Shown piece after piece: positions 18,297 to 25,197 of a stretch of 25,197 nucleotides of DNA (position 1 is its first letter; every line of letters begins with the position of its first letter). The position numbers and the translations under genes were made by a program. Source of the DNA: a virus (taxonomy: Duplodnaviria; Heunggongvirae; Uroviricota; Caudoviricetes); the IMG/VR virus record IMGVR_UViG_2671180432_000001. One strand, given 5' to 3'. The notes beneath the pieces are model-generated. The model had not been told where the DNA came from and did not search any database. It saw only the letters and a program-made list of their open reading frames with translations.

Positions 18297-18902
18297 TTAC
18301 ACTGGTGTGTTCAGCAAATCGTTAACGGCATCAGATGCCGGGTTACCTGCAGCCAGCGGTGCCGGTGCCCCCTGCATCAGACGATCCAGCGCAGTGTCAC
18401 TGCGCGTCTGTGCACTCTGTGGTGCTGCGGCCAGAATACGGCGGGCCGTTTCCACGGTCATACCGGGGGTTTCGGCCAGCACGCGTGCCTGTTCTTCGCG
18501 TCCGTGAGCCTCCTCACAGTTGAGGATCCCCATAATGCGACTGTTTTCTGCCGCAACCGCTGCGGTGATCTGCGCGTTCACGTCCGGCTGCGCCGCGCTG
18601 GCGTTCTCGCCCTCCGTCGCTTGCACCACGCCAGTAACGTCAGCCTGCGAAGCAGTGGCTGAAACAGTTGTTGATTGAGTCTCTTTGGTCATTCGCCCTC
18701 CTGAGAGACGGGATTTACGTGCATCCAGTGCATCACGCATGACGGTGATCGCATCGGTACTGTTAACAAGTTCATCAGCCAGTCCGGCATCAATGGCCTC
18801 CTGACCGCTGTACACTGCAGCCTCGGTATCCAGCACAGCCTGCACGGACAGGCCGGTATATGCCGACACCTTCTGTGCAAACATCCGGCGGGTTGCATCC
18901 AT
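18297..18902 (-). CDS. nu3: Scaffolding protein Nu3: in-frame internal start within C, shares the C stop
   Basis: By analogy with lambda, where Nu3 is the C-terminal ~201 codons of C. An in-frame ATG (Met226 of the visible C ORF, MDATRRMFAQKV...) sits at 18902. The coordinate rests on my recollection of the lambda layout. Confidence 0.5.
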   Translation of the reverse strand: MDATRRMFAQKVSAYTGLSVQAVLDTEAAVYSGQEAIDAGLADELVNSTDAITVMRDALDARKSRLSGGRMTKETQSTTVSATASQADVTGVVQATEGENASAAQPDVNAQITAAVAAENSRIMGILNCEEAHGREEQARVLAETPGMTVETARRILAAAPQSAQTRSDTALDRLMQGAPAPLAAGNPASDAVNDLLNTPV

Positions 18903-19592
18903 CCGGGACTGCAATGTTTCCCGGACATCATCCGGTAGATGGCTGTAGGGGTTGCCATCCACCTTATGGCTGCCGCTGTAAATCAGCGTGATTTCCACGC
19001 CCTGTTTCTCCAGTGCAGCGCCGTAATTACTGTGAGCCATCATGACGCCGATGGAGCCTGTCCGGGCGGTCTGCGTGACCAGACGCCGGGAGGCGGCACT
19101 GGCAAGCAGCTGACCTGCGCTGCAGTTCATGTCATTGGCCAGCGCCCATACCGGCTTTATGTCACGCACACGGGCGATGATGTCAGCGCAGTCAAATGCT
19201 CCCGCCACCATTCCGCCCGGTGTGTCCATATCGAGCAGAATGCCGTCCACCATCGGGTCGCTGGCAGCCTGTTGCAGACGGGCGATAATGCCGTTGTAAC
19301 CGGTCATCCCCGAGTACGGCTGCAGCGCCCGCGTCCGGCTGACCAGCGTGCCGGACACCGGCAGCACGGCGATGCCGTTCATTACCTGATAACTGCGGGC
19401 CTGTCGTGGTCCGTCATCATCACCGGATAACGCCAGCGCCGCGGGTGCCTCTCCGGCAGTCAGGCTGTCGCCGGATACTGCATCCGTCAGGCAGCTGATC
19501 CCAAGCTGGCCTGCAAGCGCACAAAAGAAAACCCGCGCATAGGCGGGTTCAAGCATCAGCGGCTCATTAAAAGCCATGCTGGCAATATGCGG
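18297..19592 (-). CDS. C: Capsid assembly protease C (S49-type prohead protease); the 5' end runs into the N-run
   Basis: ...PHIAS-MAFNEPLMLEPAYARVFFCALAGQLGISCLTDAVSGDSL...; the residues immediately before the N-run (PHIAS) match the lambda C N-terminal region, so the true start is within the gap. Confidence 0.9.
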   Translation of the reverse strand, partial: PHIASMAFNEPLMLEPAYARVFFCALAGQLGISCLTDAVSGDSLTAGEAPAALALSGDDDGPRQARSYQVMNGIAVLPVSGTLVSRTRALQPYSGMTGYNGIIARLQQAASDPMVDGILLDMDTPGGMVAGAFDCADIIARVRDIKPVWALANDMNCSAGQLLASAASRRLVTQTARTGSIGVMMAHSNYGAALEKQGVEITLIYSGSHKVDGNPYSHLPDDVRETLQSRMDATRRMFAQKVSAYTGLSVQAVLDTEAAVYSGQEAIDAGLADELVNSTDAITVMRDALDARKSRLSGGRMTKETQSTTVSATASQADVTGVVQATEGENASAAQPDVNAQITAAVAAENSRIMGILNCEEAHGREEQARVLAETPGMTVETARRILAAAPQSAQTRSDTALDRLMQGAPAPLAAGNPASDAVNDLLNTPV

Positions 19593-19842
19593 NNNNNNNN
19601 NNNNNNNNNNNNNNNNNNNNNNNNNNNNNNNNNNNNNNNNNNNNNNNNNNNNNNNNNNNNNNNNNNNNNNNNNNNNNNNNNNNNNNNNNNNNNNNNNNNN
19701 NNNNNNNNNNNNNNNNNNNNNNNNNNNNNNNNNNNNNNNNNNNNNNNNNNNNNNNNNNNNNNNNNNNNNNNNNNNNNNNNNNNNNNNNNNNNNNNNNNNN
19801 NNNNNNNNNNNNNNNNNNNNNNNNNNNNNNNNNNNNNNNNNN
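19593..19842. other. N-run (250 nt) spanning the B 3' end and the C 5' end
   Basis: Direct observation. Confidence 1.
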
Positions 19843-23316
<3,474 letters not shown>

Positions 23317-23342
<26 letters not shown>

Positions 23343-23862
23343 TCAGCAACCCCGGTATCAGTTCATCCAGCGCGGCTGCTTTGTTCATGGCTTTGATGAT
23401 ATCCCGTTTCAGGAAATCAACATGTCGGTTTTCCAGTTCCGGAAAACGCCGCTGCACCGACAGGGGGATCCCGTCGAGAATACTGGCAATTTCACCTGCG
23501 ATCCGCGACAGCACGAAAGTACAGAATGCGGTTTCCACCACTTCAGCGGAGTCTCTGGCATTTTTCAGCTCCTGTGCGTCGGCCTGCGCACGCGTAAGTC
23601 GATGGCGTTCGTACTCAATAGTCCCTGGCTGGAGATCTGTCTCGCTGGCCTGCCGCAGTTCTTCAACTTCCCGGCGCAGCTTTTCGTTCTCAATTTCAGC
23701 ATCCCTTTCGGCATACCATCTTATAACGGCGGCAGAGTCATAAAGCACCTCATTACCCTTGCCACCGCCTCGCAGAACGGGCATTCCCTGTTCCTGCCAG
23801 TTCTGAATGGTACGGATACTCGCACCGAAAATGTCAGCCAGCTGCTTTTTGTTGACTTCCAT
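23317..23862 (-). CDS. nu1: Terminase small subunit Nu1
   Basis: 181 aa, MEVNKKQLADIFGASIRTIQNWQEQGMPVLRGGGKGNEVLYDSAAVIRWYAERDAEIENEKLRREVEELRQ...; the 3' end overlaps the A start by 26 nt, as in lambda. Confidence 0.95.
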
Positions 23863-23879
23863 TGTTCATTCCACGGACA

Positions 23880-24060
23880 AAAACAGAGAAAGGAAACGAC
23901 AGAGGCCAAAAAGCCCGTTTTCAGCACCTGTCGTTTCCTTTCTTTTCAGGGGGTGTTTTAAATAAAAACATTAGGTTACGGCGAAGAAGAACGGAAACGC
24001 CTTAAACCGGAAAATTGTCATAAATAGCGAAAACCCGCGCGCCTTCCGCCCCGTAACCTG
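23880..24060. promoter_or_regulatory. cos: cos region: cosB-like Nu1-binding repeats (15-bp inverted repeat gaaaggaaacgacag / ctgtcgtttcctttc at 23887-23941) and the cosN position (about 24040-24051)
   Basis: This sequence is colinear with the lambda left end up to the cohesive-end site, after which it continues into sequence colinear with the lambda right end (a circularly joined prophage cos). Confidence 0.75.
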
Positions 24061-24086
24061 TCGGATCGCCGGAAAGGACCCGCAAA

Positions 24087-24103
24087 ATGATAATAATTAT
24101 CAT
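24087..24103. promoter_or_regulatory. Perfect 7-3-7 palindrome ATGATAA-taa-TTATCAT just right of cosN; candidate protein-binding site
   Basis: Read directly. The lambda equivalent, as I recall it, is a near-palindrome at the same place. Confidence 0.3.
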
Positions 24104-24250
24104 CTACATGTCACAACGTGCATCTACGCCATCAAACCACGTCAAATAATCAATTATGACGCAGGTATCGTATTAATTGATCTGCATCAACTTAACGTAA
24201 AAACAACTTCAGACAATACAAATCAGCGACACTGAATACAGGGCAACCTC

Positions 24251-24484
24251 ATGTCAACGAAGAACAGAACCCGCAGAACAACAACCCGCAACATCCGCTT
24301 TCCTAACCAAATGATTGAACAAATTAACATCGCTCTTGTTCAAAAAGGGTCCGGGAATTTCTCAGCCTGGGTCATTGAAGCCTGCCGCCGGAGACTGTGC
24401 TCAGAAAAAAGAGTTTCGCCTGAAGCAAACAAAGAAAAGAGTGACATTACTGAATTGCTCAGAAAACAGGTTAGACCAGATTGA
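24251..24484 (+). CDS. Small basic protein with a possible ribbon-helix-helix-like core (hypothetical)
   Basis: 77-aa ORF MSTKNRTRRTTTRNIRFPNQMIEQINIALVQKGSGNFSAWVIEACRRRL...; a basic N-tail, then a short beta-like segment and amphipathic helices. A homologous ORF exists at the lambda right end as I recall it. The Shine-Dalgarno is weak. Confidence 0.4.
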   Translation: MSTKNRTRRTTTRNIRFPNQMIEQINIALVQKGSGNFSAWVIEACRRRLCSEKRVSPEANKEKSDITELLRKQVRPD

Positions 24485-24541
24485 AGCAATTTAGATAATC
24501 GTGCAGACTACGCCCCCTCATATCACATGGAAGGTACTACA

Positions 24542-24952
24542 ATGGCTCAGGTTGCCATTTTTAAACAAATATTCGATAAAGTGCGAAATAATTTAAACTA
24601 TCACTGGTTTTATTCTGAACTAAAACGTCACAATGTCTCACATTACATTTACTATTTAGCCACAGAGAATATTCATCTTGTTCTTGAAAACGATAATACG
24701 GTTTTAATAAAAGGACAGGGTAAGGTTGTAAATGTAAGATTTTCAAAAAATAAATGCCTTATAGAAGCCACCTTAAAAGGATTCAAATCAGGAGAGTTAT
24801 CATTTTACGAATACAGGAAAAATCTTGCTACAGCAGGGGTTTTCAGATGGATTACAAATATCCACGAAAACAAAAGGTATTACTATACCTTTGATAATTC
24901 ATTACTCTTTACTGAGAACATACAGAACACTACACAAATATTTCCGCACTAA
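24542..24952 (+). CDS. Conserved lambdoid right-end protein of unknown function
   Basis: 136 aa from [58 protein letters not shown]...; GGAAGG Shine-Dalgarno 8-13 nt upstream of the ATG at 24542. The ORF track's earlier start (24527) is rejected. A close homologue exists in lambda as I recall it. Confidence 0.6.
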   Translation: MAQVAIFKQIFDKVRNNLNYHWFYSELKRHNVSHYIYYLATENIHLVLENDNTVLIKGQGKVVNVRFSKNKCLIEATLKGFKSGELSFYEYRKNLATAGVFRWITNIHENKRYYYTFDNSLLFTENIQNTTQIFPH

Positions 24953-25197
24953 ATCATAACGTCCGGTTTCTTCCGTGCCAGAACCGGACTCGCTGGCATG
25001 ATGAAATATGTGTACCCGGTAACCCCGGTGTGCATCGTTTTTGATTATTCCCGCACACTCGCGCAGAAGGAGTTCCCCGTCGGGCTACGGTCTCTGTTAA
25101 TACGGGAATACGGCGACGATTGGATTTGCCCCTATATTTCCAGACATCTGTTATCACTTAACCCATTACAAGCCCGCTGCCGCAGATATTCCCGTGG

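Noticed and set aside
24954-25157. 67-aa minus-strand ORF (MITDVWKYRGKSNRRRIPVL...)
   Set aside because: Arg-rich, no recognisable ribosome-binding site, and it lies in a segment that looks like conserved non-coding sequence by comparison with the lambda right end. I cannot support it as a gene, but I cannot exclude it without a homology search.

Overview
This window is the morphogenetic (left-arm) module of a lambda-like siphovirus prophage, collinear with phage lambda from nu1 to tfa, with every structural gene on the minus strand. Reading right to left: cos, nu1, A, W, B, C/nu3, D, E, FI, FII, Z, U, V, G/G-T, H, M, L, K, I, J, lom, stf, tfa. Gene lengths, spacings and overlaps match lambda almost exactly as I recall it, and the G-T slippery heptamer is present. 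Right of cos, two plus-strand ORFs correspond to the lambda right-end region. At the far left, 83 bp of an IS1 terminus abut a ~750 bp AT-rich islet downstream of tfa. Five N-runs (250-310 nt) interrupt stf (twice), Z/FII, B/C and A, so those genes are only partly visible. I found no CRISPR array, tRNA or rRNA, and no multi-gene cargo system inserted among the structural genes. The points worth a second look are local: the AT-rich islet with a possible promoter / small ORF / terminator unit, a disrupted lom, a J protein with a non-lambda C-terminal receptor-binding region, a cosN 12-mer that differs from the canonical lambda cohesive end, and a small ribbon-helix-helix-like ORF beside cos. All homology statements come from recognising the translated sequences from memory; no database search was run.
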